A DNA stretch of 64,000 bases from Auanema rhodensis (Eukaryota > Animalia > Nematoda): assembly GCA_964057225.1 (NCBI GenBank), contig OZ059900.1, positions 18,538,001-18,602,000 on the forward strand, written 5' to 3'. The position numbers were made by a program, and so were the translations under genes. Below, piece by piece: positions 41,373 through 56,600 of this stretch (its first letter is position 1; each line of letters begins with the position of its first letter). Under the pieces are notes generated by a model. That model saw only the letters and a list, made by a program, of their open reading frames with translations. It had not been told where the DNA came from and made no database searches.

Positions 41373-44300
41373 AAATGAAGCATTTTACATGCTGAACACT
41401 AGAAAAATACAAAAACACAGTATTTCCCATGAGAAATATTTTATTATGCTGGAAAACCAGTTTTTGGAAATTTCGCTGTAAACAAGGTTTTGACTTACGA
41501 TTTCATGTGTTCAAACTCATGCAATGTCAATGAAACCTAGCTCAAAATTGTTCGTACAACGTCTAGTTCCACTTTCACGACAAAAAAACAAGGGTTAGAA
41601 AATTAAGGAAATTAGCATATTCTGAGGGCACGCCCCTTATGGCTAATATTGATTAAATCGATTTTTGTTCATATGAGTCGTCAAATGCAACGAATTTCAG
41701 CGTGTTACATACTAAAATGAAGCATTTTACATGCTGAACACTAGAAAAATACAAAAACACAGTATTTCCCATGAGAAATATTTTATTATGCTGGAAAACC
41801 AGTTTTTGGAAATTTCGCTGTAAACAAGGTTTTGACTTACGATTTCATGTGTTCAAACTCATGCAATGTCAATGAAACCTAGCTCAAAATTGTTCGTACA
41901 ACGTCTAGTTTCACTTTCACGACAAAAAAACAGGGGTTAGAAAACTAAGGAAATTAGCATATTCTGAGGGCACGCCCCTTATGGCTAATATTGATTAAAT
42001 CGATTTTTGTTCATATGAGTCGTCAAATGCAACGAATTTCAGCGTGTTACATACTAAAATGAAGCATTTTACATGCTGAACACTAGAAAAATACAAAAAC
42101 ACAGTATTTCCCATGAGAAATATTTTATTATGCTGGAAAACCAGTTTTTGGAAATTTCGCTGTAAACAAGGTTTTGACTTACGATTTCATGTGTTCAAAC
42201 TCATGCAATGTCAATGAAACCTAGCTCAAAATTGTTTGTACAACGTCTAGTTCCACTTTCACGACAAAAAAACAGGGGTTAGAAAATTAAGGAAATTAGC
42301 ATATTCTGAGGGCACGCCCCTTATGGCTAATATTGATTAAATCGATTTTTGTTCATATGAGTCGTCAAATGCAACGAATTTCAGCGTGTTACATACTAAA
42401 ATGAAGCATTTTACATGCTGAACACTAGAAAAATACAAAAACACAGTATTTCCCATGAGAAATATTTTATTATGCTGGAAAACCAGTTTTTGGAAATTTC
42501 GCTGTAAACAAGGTTTTGACTTACGATTTCATGTGTTCAAACTCATGCACTGTCAATGAAACCTAGCTCAAAATTGTTCGTACAACGTCTAGTTCCACTT
42601 TCACGACAAAAAAACAGGGGTTAGAAAATTAAGGAAATTAGCATATTCTGAGGGCACGCCCCTTATGGCTAATATTGATTAAATCGATTTTTGTTCATAT
42701 GAGTCGTCAAATGCAACGAATTTCAGCGTGTTACATACTAAAATGAAGCATTTTACATGCTGAACACTAGAAAAATACAAAAACACAGTATTTCCCATGA
42801 GAAATATTTTATTATGCTGGAAAACCAGTTTTTGGAAATTTCGCTGTAAACAAGGTTTTGACTTACGATTTCATGTGTTCAAACTCATGCAATGTCAATG
42901 AAACCTAGCTCAAAATTGTTTGTACAACGTCTAGTTCCACTTTCACGACAAAAAAACAGGGGTTAGAAAATTAAGGAAATTAGCATATTCTGAGGGCACG
43001 CCCCTTATGGCTAATATTGATTAAATCGATTTTTGTTCATATGAGTCGTCAAATGCAACGAATTTCAGCGTGTTACATACTAAAATGAAGCATTTCACAT
43101 GCTGAACACTAGAAAAATACAAAAACACAGTATTTCCCATGAGAAATATTTTATTATGCTGGAAAACCAGTTTTTGGAAATTTCGCTGTAAACAAGGTTT
43201 TGACTTACGATTTCATGTGTTCAAACTCATGCAATGTCAATGAAACCTAGCTCAAAATTGTTCGTACAACGTCTAGTTCCACTTTCACGACAAAAAAACA
43301 GGGGTTAGAAAATTAAGGAAATTAGCATATTCTGAGGGCACGCCCCTTATGGCTAATATTGATTAAATCGATTTTTGTTCATATGAGTCGTCAAATGCAA
43401 CGAATTTCAGCGTGTTACATACTAAAATGAAGCATTTTACATGCTGAACACTAGAAGAATACAAAAACACAGTATTTCCCATGAGAAATATTTTATTATG
43501 CTGGAAAACCAGTTTTTGGAAATTTCGCTGTAAACAAGGTTTTGACTTACGATTTCATGTGTTCAAACTCATGCAATGTCAATGAAACCTAGCTCAAAAT
43601 TGTTCGTACAACGTCTAGTTCCACTTTCACGACAAAAAAACAGGGGTTAGAAAATTAAGGAAATTAGCATATTCTGAGGGCACGCCCCTTATGGCTAATA
43701 TTGATTAAATCGATTTTTGTTCATATGAGTCGTCAAATGCAACGAATTTCAGCGTGTTACATACTAAAATGAAGCATTTTACATGCTGAACACTAGAAAA
43801 ATACAAAAACACAGTATTTCCCATGAGAAATATTTTATTATGCTGGAAAACCAGTTTTTGGAAATTTCGCTGTAAACAAGGTTTTGACTTACGATTTCAT
43901 GTGTTCAAACTCATGCAATGTCAATGAAACCTAGCTCAAAATTGTTCGTACAACGTCTAGTTCCACTTTCACGACAAAAAAACAAGGGTTAGAAAATTAA
44001 GGAAATTAGCATATTCTGAGGGCACGCCCCTTATGGCTAATATTGATTAAATCGATTTTTGTTCATATGAGTCGTCAAATGCAACGAATTTCAGCGTGTT
44101 ACATACTAAAATGAAGCATTTTACATGCTGAACACTAGAAAAATACAAAAACACAGTATTTCCCATGAGAAATATTTTATTATGCTGGAAAACCAGTTTT
44201 TGGAAATTTCGCTGTAAACAAGGTTTTGACTTACGATTTCATGTGTTCAAACTCATGCAATGTCAATGAAACCTAGCTCAAAATTGTTCGTACAACGTCT

Positions 44301-46160
44301 AGTTTCACTTTCACGACAAAAAAACAGGGGTTAGAAAACTAAGGAAATTAGCATATTCTGAGGGCACGCCCCTTATGGCTAATATTGATTAAATCGATTT
44401 TTGTTCATATGAGTCGTCAAATGCAACGAATTTCAGCGTGTTACATACTAAAATGAAGCATTTTACATGCTGAACACTAGAAAAATACAAAAACACAGTA
44501 TTTCCCATGAGAAATATTTTATTATGCTGGAAAACCAGTTTTTGGAAATTTCGCTGTAAACAAGGTTTTGACTTACGATTTCATGTGTTCAAACTCATGC
44601 AATGTCAATGAAACCTAGCTCAAAATTGTTTGTACAACGTCTAGTTCCACTTTCACGACAAAAAAACAGGGGTTAGAAAATTAAGGAAATTAGCATATTC
44701 TGAGGGCACGCCCCTTATGGCTAATATTGATTAAATCGATTTTTGTTCATATGAGTCGTCAAATGCAACGAATTTCAGCGTGTTACATACTAAAATGAAG
44801 CATTTTACATGCTGAACACTAGAAAAATACAAAACCACAGTATTTCCCATGAGAAATATTTTATTATGCTGGAAAACCAGTTTTTGGAAATTTCGCTGTA
44901 AACAAGGTTTTGACTTACGATTTCATGTGTTCAAACTCATGCACTGTCAATGAAACCTAGCTCAAAATTGTTCGTACAACGTCTAGTTCCACTTTCACGA
45001 CAAAAAAACAGGGGTTAGAAAATTAAGGAAATTAGCATATTCTGAGGGCACGCCCCTTATGGCTAATATTGATTAAATCGATTTTTGTTCATATGAGTCG
45101 TCAAATGCAACGAATTTCAGCGTGTTACATACTAAAATGAAGCATTTTACATGCTGAACACTAGAAAAATACAAAAACACAGTATTTCCCATGAGAAATA
45201 TTTTATTATGCTGGAAAACCAGTTTTTGGAAATTTCGCTGTAAACAAGGTTTTGACTTACGATTTCATGTGTTCAAACTCATGCAATGTCAATGAAACCT
45301 AGCTCAAAATTGTTTGTACAACGTCTAGTTCCACTTTCACGACAAAAAAACAGGGGTTAGAAAATTAAGGAAATTAGCATATTCTGAGGGCACGCCCCTT
45401 ATGGCTAATATTGATTAAATCGATTTTTGTTCATATGAGTCGTCAAATGCAACGAATTTCAGCGTGTTACATACTAAAATGAAGCATTTCACATGCTGAA
45501 CACTAGAAAAATACAAAAACACAGTATTTCCCATGAGAAATATTTTATTATGCTGGAAAACCAGTTTTTGGAAATTTCGCTGTAAACAAGGTTTTGACTT
45601 ACGATTTCATGTGTTCAAACTCATGCAATGTCAATGAAACCTAGCTCAAAATTGTTCGTACAACGTCTAGTTCCACTTTCACGACAAAAAAACAGGGGTT
45701 AGAAAATTAAGGAAATTAGCATATTCTGAGGGCACGCCCCTTATGGCTAATATTGATTAAATCGATTTTTGTTCATATGAGTCGTCAAATGCAACGAATT
45801 TCAGCGTGTTACATACTAAAATGAAGCATTTTACATGCTGAACACTAGAAGAATACAAAAACACAGTATTTCCCATGAGAAATATTTTATTATGCTGGAA
45901 AACCAGTTTTTGGAAATTTCGCTGTAAACAAGGTTTTGACTTACGATTTCATGTGTTCAAACTCATGCAATGTCAATGAAACCTAGCTCAAAATTGTTCG
46001 TACAACGTCTAGTTCCACTTTCACGACAAAAAAACAGGGGTTAGAAAATTAAGGAAATTAGCATATTCTGAGGGCACGCCCCTTATGGCTAATATTGATT
46101 AAATCGATTTTTGTTCATATGAGTCGTCAAATGCAACGAATTTCAGCGTGTTACATACTA
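41373..46160 (+). repeat. Tandem duplication of a 7-monomer unit (M122-128 / M129-135), period 2394 bp
   Basis: [g219a],[c197t,t231c],[c181t],[a152c],[c181t],[t14c],[a33g] occurs twice. c197t at 41911 and 44305, with a partial copy at 40201. Confidence 0.87.
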
Positions 46161-49100
46161 AAATGAAGCATTTTACATGCTGAACACTAGAAGAATACAA
46201 AAACACAGTATTTCCCATGAGAAATATTTTATTATGCTGGAAAACCAGTTTTTGGAAATTTCGCTGTAAACAAGGTTTTGACTTACGATTTCATGTGTTC
46301 AAACTCATGCACTGTCAATGAAACCTAGCTCAAAATTGTTCGTACAACGTCTAGTTCCACTTTCACGACAAAAAAACAGGGGTTAGAAAATTAAGGAAAT
46401 TAGCATATTCTGAGGGCACGCCCCTTATGGCTAATATTGATTAAATCGATTTTTGTTCATATGAGTCGTCAAATGCAACGAATTTCAGCGTGTTACATAC
46501 TAAAATGAAGCATTTTACATGCTGAACACTAGAAAAATACAAAAACACAGTATTTCCCATGAGAAATATTTTATTATGCTGGAAAACCAGTTTTTGGAAA
46601 TTTCGCTGTAAACAAGGTTTTGACTTACGATTTCATGTGTTCAAACTCATGCAATGTCAATGAAACCTAGCTCAAAATTGTTTGTACAACGTCTAGTTCC
46701 ACTTTCACGACAAAAAAACAGGGGTTAGAAAATTAAGGAAATTAGCATATTCTGAGGGCACGCCCCTTATGGCTAATATTGATTAAATCGATTTTTGTTC
46801 ATATGAGTCGTCAAATGCAACGAATTTCAGCGTGTTACATACTAAAATGAAGCATTTCACATGCTGAACACTAGAAAAATACAAAAACACAGTATTTCCC
46901 ATGAGAAATATTTTATTATGCTGGAAAACCAGTTTTTGGAAATTTCGCTGTAAACAAGGTTTTGACTTACGATTTCATGTGTTCAAACTCATGCAATGTC
47001 AATGAAACCTAGCTCAAAATTGTTCGTACAACGTCTAGTTCCACTTTCACGACAAAAAAACAGGGGTTAGAAAATTAAGGAAATTAGCATATTCTGAGGG
47101 CACGCCCCTTATGGCTAATATTGATTAAATCGATTTTTGTTCATATGAGTCGTCAAATGCAACGAATTTCAGCGTGTTACATACTAAAATGAAGCATTTT
47201 ACATGCTGAACACTAGAAGAATACAAAAACACAGTATTTCCCATGAGAAATATTTTATTATGCTGGAAAACCAGTTTTTGGAAATTTCGCTGTAAACAAG
47301 GTTTTGACTTACGATTTCATGTGTTCAAACTCATGCAATGTCAATGAAACCTAGCTCAAAATTGTTCGTACAACGTCTAGTTCCACTTTCACGACAAAAA
47401 AACGTTAGAAAATTAAGGAAATTAGCATATTCTGAGGGCACGCCCCTTATGGCTAATATTGATTAAATCGATTTTTGTTCATATGAGTCGTCAAATGCAA
47501 CGAATTTCAGCGTGTTACATACTAAAATGAAGCATTTTACATGCTGAACACTAGAAGAATACAAAAACACAGTATTTCCCATGAGAAATATTTTATTATG
47601 CTGGAAAACCAGTTTTTGGAAATTTCGCTGTAAACAAGGTTTTGACTTACGATTTCATGTGTTCAAACTCATGCAATGTCAATGAAACCTAGCTCAAAAT
47701 TGTTCGTACAACGTCTAGTTCCACTTTCACGACAAAAAAACAGGGGTTAGAAAATTAAGGAAATTAGCATATTCTGAGGGCAAGCCCCTTATGGCTAATA
47801 TTGATTAAATCGATTTTTGTTCATATGAGTCGTCAAATGCAACGAATTTCAGCGTGTTACATACTAAAATGAAGCATTTTACATGCTGAACACTAGAAAA
47901 ATACAAAAACACAGTATTTCCCATGAGAAATATTTTATTATGCTGGAAAACCAGTTTTTGGAAATTTCGCTGTAAACAAGGTTTTGACTTACGATTTCAT
48001 GTGTTCAAACTCATGCAATGTCAATGAAACCTAGCTCAAAATTGTTCGTACAACGTCTAGTTCCACTTTCACGACAAAAAAACAGGGGTTAGAAAATTAA
48101 GGAAATTAGCATATTCTGAGGGCACGCCCCTTATGGCTAATATTGATTAAATCGATTTTTGTTCATATGAGTCGTCAAATGCAACGAATTTCAGCGTGTT
48201 ACATACTAAAATGAAGCATTTTACATGCTGAACACTAGAAGAATACAAAAACACAGTATTTCCCATGAGAAATATTTTATTATGCTGGAAAACCAGTTTT
48301 TGGAAATTTCGCTGTAAACAAGGTTTTGACTTACGATTTCATGTGTTCAAACTCATGCAATGTCAATGAAACCTAGCTCAAAATTGTTCGTACAACGTCT
48401 AGTTCCACTTTCACGACAAAAAAACAGGGGTTAGAAAATTAAGGAAATTAGCATATTCTGAGGGCAAGCCCCTTATGGCTAATATTGATTAAATCGATTT
48501 TTGTTCATATGAGTCGTCAAATGCAACGAATTTCAGCGTGTTACATACTAAAATGAAGCATTTTACATGCTGAACACTAGAAAAATACAAAAACACAGTA
48601 TTTCCCATGAGAAATATTTTATTATGCTGGAAAACCAGTTTTTGGAAATTTCGCTGTAAACAAGGTTTTGACTTACGATTTCATGTGTTCAAACTCATGC
48701 AATGTCGATGAAACCTAGCTCAAAATTGTTCGTACAACGTCTAGTTCCACTTTCACGACAAAAAAACAGGGGTTAGAAAATTAAGGAAATTAGCATATTC
48801 TGAGGGCACGCCCCTTATGGCTAATATTGATTAAATCGATTTTTGTTCATATGAGTCGTCAAATGCAACGAATTTCAGCGTGTTACATACTAAAATGAAG
48901 CATTTTACATGCTGAACACTAGAAAAATACAAAAACACAGTATTTCCCATGAGAAATATTTTATTATGCTGGAAAACCAGTTTTTGGAAATTTCGCTGTA
49001 AACAAGGTTTTGACTTACGATTTCATGTGTTCAAACTCATGCAATGTCAATGAAACCTAGCTCAAAATTGTTCGTACAACGTCTAGTTCCACTTTCACGA

Positions 49101-52100
49101 CAAAAAAACAGGGGTTAGAAAATTAAGGAAATTAGCATATTCTGAGGGCACGCCCCTTATGGCTAATATTGATTAAATCGATTTTTGTTCATATGAGTCG
49201 TCAAATGCAACGAATTTCAGCGTGTTACATACTAAAATGAAGCATTTTACATGCTGAACACTAGAAAAATACAAAAACACAGTATTTCCTATGAGAAATA
49301 TTTTATTATGCTGGAAAACCAGTTTTTGGAAATTTCGCTGTAAACAAGGTTTTGACTTACGATTTCATGTGTTCAAACTCATGCAATGTCAATGAAACCT
49401 AGCTCAAAATTGTTCGTACAACGTCTAGTTCCACTTTCACGACAAAAAAACAGGGGTTAGAAAATTAAGGAAATTAGCATATTCTGAGGGCACGCCCCTT
49501 ATGGCTAATATTGATTAAATCGATTTTTGTTCATATGAGTCGTCAAATGCAACGAATTTCAGCGTGTTACATACTAAAATGAAGCATTTTACATGCTGAA
49601 CACTAGAAGAAAACAAAAACACAGTATTTCCCATGAGAAATATTTTATTATGCTGGAAAACCAGTTTTTGGAAATTTCGCTGTAAACAAGGTTTTGACTT
49701 ACGATTTCATGTGTTCAAACTCATGCAATGTCAATGAAACCTAGCTCAAAATTGTTCGTACAACGTCTAGTTCCACTTTCACGACAAAAAAACAGGGGTT
49801 AGAAAATTAAGGAAATTAGCATATTCTGAGGGCACGCCCCTTATGGCTAATATTGATTAAATCGATTTTTGTTCATATGAGTCGTCAAATGCAACCAATT
49901 TCAGCGTGTTACATACTAAAATGAAGCATTTTACATGCTGAACACTAGAAAAATACGAAAACACAGTATTTCCCATGAGAAATATTTTATTATGCTGGAA
50001 AACCAGTTTTTGGAAATTTCGCTGTAAACAAGGTTTTGACTTACGATTTCATGTGTTCAAACTCATGCAATGTCAATGAAACCTAGCTCAAAATTGTTCG
50101 TACAACGTCTAGTTCCACTTTCACGACAAAAAAACAGGGGTTAGAAAATTAAGGAAATTAGCATATTCTGAGGGCACGCCCCTTATGGCTAATATTGATT
50201 AAATCGATTTTTGTTCATATGAGTCGTCAAATGCAACGAATTTCAGCGTGTTACATACTAAAATGAAGCATTTTACATGCTGAACACTAGAAAAATACAA
50301 AAACACAGTATTTCCCATGAGAAATATTTTATTATGCTGGAAAACCAGTTTTTGGAAATTTCGCTGTAAACAAGGTTTTGACTTACGATTTCATGTGTTC
50401 AAACTCATGCAATGTCAATGAAACCTAGCTCAAAATTGTTCGTACAACGTCTAGTTCCACTTTCACGACAAAAAAACAGGGGTTAGAAAATTAAGGAAAT
50501 TAGCATATTCTGAGGGCACGCCCCTTATGGCTAATATTGATTAAATCGATTTTTGTTCATATGAGTCGTCAAATGCAACGAATTTCAGCGTGTTACATAC
50601 TAAAATGAAGCATTTTACATGCTGAACACTAGAAAAATACAAAAACACAGTATTTCCCATGAGAAATATTTTATTATGCTGGAAAACCAGTTTTTGGAAA
50701 TTTCGCTGTAAACAAGGTTTTGACTTACGATTTCATGTGTTCAAACTCATGCAATGTCAATGAAACCTAGCTCAAAATTGTTCGTACAACGTCTAGTTCC
50801 ACTTTCACGACAAAAAAACAGGGGTTAGAAAATTAAGGAAATTAGCATATTCTGAGGGCAAGCCCCTTATGGCTAATATTGATTAAATCGATTTTTGTTC
50901 ATATGAGTCGTCAAATGCAACGAATTTCAGCGTGTTACATACTAAAATGAAGCATTTTACATGCTGAACACTAGAAGAATACAAAAACACAGTATTTCCC
51001 ATGAGAAATATTTTATTATGCTGGAAAACCAGTTTTTGGAAATTTCGCTGTAAACAAGGTTTTGACTTACGATTTCATGTGTTCAAACTCATGCAATGTC
51101 AATGAAACCTAGCTCAAAATTGTTCGTACAACGTCTAGTTCCACTTTCACGACAAAAAAACAGGGGTTAGAAAATTAAGGAAATTAGCATATTCTGAGGG
51201 CACGCCCCTTATGGCTAATATTGATTAAATCGATTTTTGTTCATATGAGTCGTCAAATGCAACGAATTTCAGCGTGTTACATACTAAAATGAAGCATTTT
51301 ACATGCTGAACACTAGAAGAATACAAAAACACAGTATTTCCCATGAGAAATATTTTATTATGCTGGAAAACCAGTTTTTGGAAATTTCGCTGTAAACAAG
51401 GTTTTGACTTACGATTTCATGTGTTCAAACTCATGCACTGTCAATGAAACCTAGCTCAAAATTGTTCGTACAACGTCTAGTTCCACTTTCACGACAAAAA
51501 AACAGGGGTTAGAAAATTAAGGAAATTAGCATATTCTGAGGGCACGCCCCTTATGGCTAATATTGATTAAATCGATTTTTGTTCATATGAGTCGTCAAAT
51601 GCAACGAATTTCAGCGTGTTACATACTAAAATGAAGCATTTTACATGCTGAACACTAGAAAAATACAAAAACACAGTATTTCCCATGAGAAATATTTTAT
51701 TATGCTGGAAAACCAGTTTTTGGAAATTTCGCTGTAAACAAGGTTTTGACTTACGATTTCATGTGTTCAAACTCATGCAATGTCAATGAAACCTAGCTCA
51801 AAATTGTTTGTACAACGTCTAGTTCCACTTTCACGACAAAAAAACAGGGGTTAGAAAATTAAGGAAATTAGCATATTCTGAGGGCACGCCCCTTATGGCT
51901 AATATTGATTAAATCGATTTTTGTTCATATGAGTCGTCAAATGCAACGAATTTCAGCGTGTTACATACTAAAATGAAGCATTTCACATGCTGAACACTAG
52001 AAAAATACAAAAACACAGTATTTCCCATGAGAAATATTTTATTATGCTGGAAAACCAGTTTTTGGAAATTTCGCTGTAAACAAGGTTTTGACTTACGATT

Positions 52101-53680
52101 TCATGTGTTCAAACTCATGCAATGTCAATGAAACCTAGCTCAAAATTGTTCGTACAACGTCTAGTTCCACTTTCACGACAAAAAAACAGGGGTTAGAAAA
52201 TTAAGGAAATTAGCATATTCTGAGGGCACGCCCCTTATGGCTAATATTGATTAAATCGATTTTTGTTCATATGAGTCGTCAAATGCAACGAATTTCAGCG
52301 TGTTACATACTAAAATGAAGCATTTTACATGCTGAACACTAGAAGAATACAAAAACACAGTATTTCCCATGAGAAATATTTTATTATGCTGGAAAACCAG
52401 TTTTTGGAAATTTCGCTGTAAACAAGGTTTTGACTTACGATTTCATGTGTTCAAACTCATGCAATGTCAATGAAACCTAGCTCAAAATTGTTCGTACAAC
52501 GTCTAGTTCCACTTTCACGACAAAAAAACAGGGGTTAGAAAATTAAGGAAATTAGCATATTCTGAGGGCACGCCCCTTATGGCTAATATTGATTAAATCG
52601 ATTTTTGTTCATATGAGTCGTCAAATGCAACGAATTTCAGCGTGTTACATACTAAAATGAAGCATTTTACATGCTGAACACTAGAAGAATACAAAAACAC
52701 AGTATTTCCCATGAGAAATATTTTATTATGCTGGAAAACCAGTTTTTGGAAATTTCGCTGTAAACAAGGTTTTGACTTACGATTTCATGTGTTCAAACTC
52801 ATGCAATGTCAATGAAACCTAGCTCAAAATTGTTCGTACAACGTCTAGTTCCACTTTCACGACAAAAAAACAGGGGTTAGAAAATTAAGGAAATTAGCAT
52901 ATTCTGAGGGCAAGCCCCTTATGGCTAATATTGATTAAATCGATTTTTGTTCATATGAGTCGTCAAATGCAACGAATTTCAGCGTGTTACATACTAAAAT
53001 GAAGCATTTTACATGCTGAACACTAGAAAAATACAAAAACACAGTATTTCCCATGAGAAATATTTTATTATGCTGGAAAACCAGTTTTTGGAAATTTCGC
53101 TGTAAACAAGGTTTTGACTTACGATTTCATGTGTTCAAACTCATGCAATGTCAATGAAACCTAGCTCAAAATTGTTCGTACAACGTCTAGTTCCACTTTC
53201 ACGACAAAAAAACAGGGGTTAGAAAATTAAGGAAATTAGCATATTCTGAGGGCACGCCCCTTATGGCTAATATTGATTAAATCGATTTTTGTTCATATGA
53301 GTCGTCAAATGCAACGAATTTCAGCGTGTTACATACTAAAATGAAGCATTTTACATGCTGAACACTAGAAGAATACAAAAACACAGTATTTCCCATGAGA
53401 AATATTTTATTATGCTGGAAAACCAGTTTTTGGAAATTTCGCTGTAAACAAGGTTTTGACTTACGATTTCATGTGTTCAAACTCATGCAATGTCAATGAA
53501 ACCTAGCTCAAAATTGTTCGTACAACGTCTAGTTCCACTTTCACGACAAAAAAACAGGGGTTAGAAAATTAAGGAAATTAGCATATTCTGAGGGCAAGCC
53601 CCTTATGGCTAATATTGATTAAATCGATTTTTGTTCATATGAGTCGTCAAATGCAACGAATTTCAGCGTGTTACATACTA
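45819..53680 (+). repeat. Duplicated 8-monomer block (M135-142 / M150-157), offset 15 monomers (5126 bp)
   Basis: [a33g],[a33g,a152c],[c181t],[t14c],[a33g],[a33g,c259a],[consensus],[a33g,c259a] occurs twice. The copies differ by the 4-bp deletion in M139. Confidence 0.83.
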
Positions 53681-56600
53681 AAATGAAGCATTTTACATGC
53701 TGAACACTAGAAAAATACAATAACACAGTATTTCCAATGAGAAATATTTTATTATGCTGGAAAACCAGTTTTTGGAAATTTCGCTGTAAACAAGGTTTTG
53801 ACTTACGATTTCATGTGTTCAAACTCATGCAATGTCAATGAAACCTAGCTCAAAATTGTTCGTACAACGTCTAGTTCCACTTTCACGACAAAAAAACAGG
53901 GGTTAGAAAATTAAGGAAATTAGCATATTCTGAGGGCACGCCCCTTATGGCTAATATTGATTAAATCGATTTTTGTTCATATGAGTCGTCAATTGCAACG
54001 AATTTCAGCGTGTTACATACTAAAATGAAGCATTTTACATGCTGAACACTAGAAAAATACAAAAACACAGTATTTCCCATGAGAAATATTTTATTATGCT
54101 GGAAAACCAGTTTTTGGAAATTTCGCTGTAAACAAGGTTTTGACTTACGATTTCATGTGTTCAAACTCATGCAATGTCGATGAAACCTAGCTCAAAATTG
54201 TTCGTACAACGTCTAGTTCCACTTTCACGACAAAAAAACAGGGGTTAGAAAATTAAGGAAATTAGCATATTCTGAGGGCACGCCCCTTATGGCTAATATT
54301 GATTAAATCGATTTTTGTTCATATGAGTCGTCAAATGCAACGAATTTCAGCGTGTTACATACTAAAATGAAGCATTTTACATGCTGAACACTAGAAAAAT
54401 ACAAAAACACAGTATTTCCCATGAGAAATATTTTATTATGCTGGAAAACCAGTTTTTGGAAATTTCGCTGTAAACAAGGTTTTGACTTACGATTTCATGT
54501 GTTCAAACTCATGCAATGTCAATGAAACCTAGCTCAAAATTGTTCGTACAACGTCTAGTTCCACTTTCACGACAAAAAAACAGGGGTTAGAAAATTAAGG
54601 AAATTAGCATATTCTGAGGGCACGCCCCTTATGGCTAATATTGATTAAATCGATTTTTGTTCATATGAGTCGTCAAATGCAACGAATTTCAGCGTGTTAC
54701 ATACTTAAATGAAGCATTTTACATGCTGAACACTAGAAAAATACAAAAACACAGTATTTCCTATGAGAAATATTTTATTATGCTGGAAAACCAGTTTTTG
54801 GAAATTTCGCTGTAAACAAGGTTTTGACTTACGATTTCATGTGTTCAAACTCATGCAATGTCAATGAAACCTAGCTCAAAATTGTTCGTACAACGTCTAG
54901 TTCCACTTTCACGACAAAAAAACAGGGGTTAGAAAATTAAGGAAATTAGCATATTCTGAGGGCACGCCCCTTATGGCTAATATTGATTAAATCGATTTTT
55001 GTTCATATGAGTCGTCAAATGCAACGAATTTCAGCGTGTTACATACTAAAATGAAGCATTTTACATGCTGAACACTAGAAAAATACAAAAACACAGTATT
55101 TCCTATGAGAAATATTTTATTATGCTGGAAAACCAGTTTTTGGAAATTTCGCTGTAAACAAGGTTTTGACTTACGATTTCATGTGTTCAAACTCATGCAA
55201 TGTCAATGAAACCTAGCTCAAAATTGTTCGTACAACGTCTAGTTCCACTTTCACGACAAAAAAACAGGGGTTAGAAAATTAAGGAAATTAGCATATTCTG
55301 AGGGCACGCCCCTTATGGCTAATATTGATTAAATCGATTTTTGTTCATATGAGTCGTCAAATGCAACGAATTTCAGCGTGTTACATACTAAAATGAAGCA
55401 TTTTACATGCTGAACACTAGAAAAATACAAAAACACAGTATTTCCCATGAGAAATATTTTATTATGCTGGAAAACCAGTTTTTGGAAATTTCGCTGTAAA
55501 CAAGGTTTTGACTTACGATTTCATGTGTTCAAACTCATGCAATGTCAATGAAACCTAGCTCAAAATTGTTTGTACAACGTCTAGTTCCACTTTCACGACA
55601 AAAAAACAGGGGTTAGAAAATTAAGGAAATTAGCATATTCTGAGGGCACGCCCCTTATGGCTAATATTGATTAAATCGATTTTTGTTCATATGAGTCGTC
55701 AAATGCAACGAATTTCAGCGTGTTACATACTAAAATGAAGCATTTCACATGCTGAACACTAGAAAAATACAAAAACACAGTATTTCCCATGAGAAATATT
55801 TTATTATGCTGGAAAACCAGTTTTTGGAAATTTCGCTGTAAACAAGGTTTTGACTTACGATTTCATGTGTTCAAACTCATGCAATGTCAATGAAACCTAG
55901 CTCAAAATTGTTCGTACAACGTCTAGTTCCACTTTCACGACAAAAAAACAGGGGTTAGAAAATTAAGGAAATTAGCATATTCTGAGGGCACGCCCCTTAT
56001 GGCTAATATTGATTAAATCGATTTTTGTTCATATGAGTCGTCAAATGCAACGAATTTCAGCGTGTTACATACTAAAATGAAGCATTTTACATGCTGAACA
56101 CTAGAAGAATACAAAAACACAGTATTTCCCATGAGAAATATTTTATTATGCTGGAAAACCAGTTTTTGGAAATTTCGCTGTAAACAAGGTTTTGACTTAC
56201 GATTTCATGTGTTCAAACTCATGCAATGTCAATGAAACCTAGCTCAAAATTGTTCGTACAACGTCTAGTTCCACTTTCACGACAAAAAAACAGGGGTTAG
56301 AAAATTAAGGAAATTAGCATATTCTGAGGGCACGCCCCTTATGGCTAATATTGATTAAATCGATTTTTGTTCATATGAGTCGTCAAATGCAACGAATTTC
56401 AGCGTGTTACATACTAAAATGAAGCATTTTACATGCTGAACACTAGAAGAATACAAAAACACAGTATTTCCCATGAGAAATATTTTATTATGCTGGAAAA
56501 CCAGTTTTTGGAAATTTCGCTGTAAACAAGGTTTTGACTTACGATTTCATGTGTTCAAACTCATGCAATGTCAATGAAACCTAGCTCAAAATTGTTCGTA

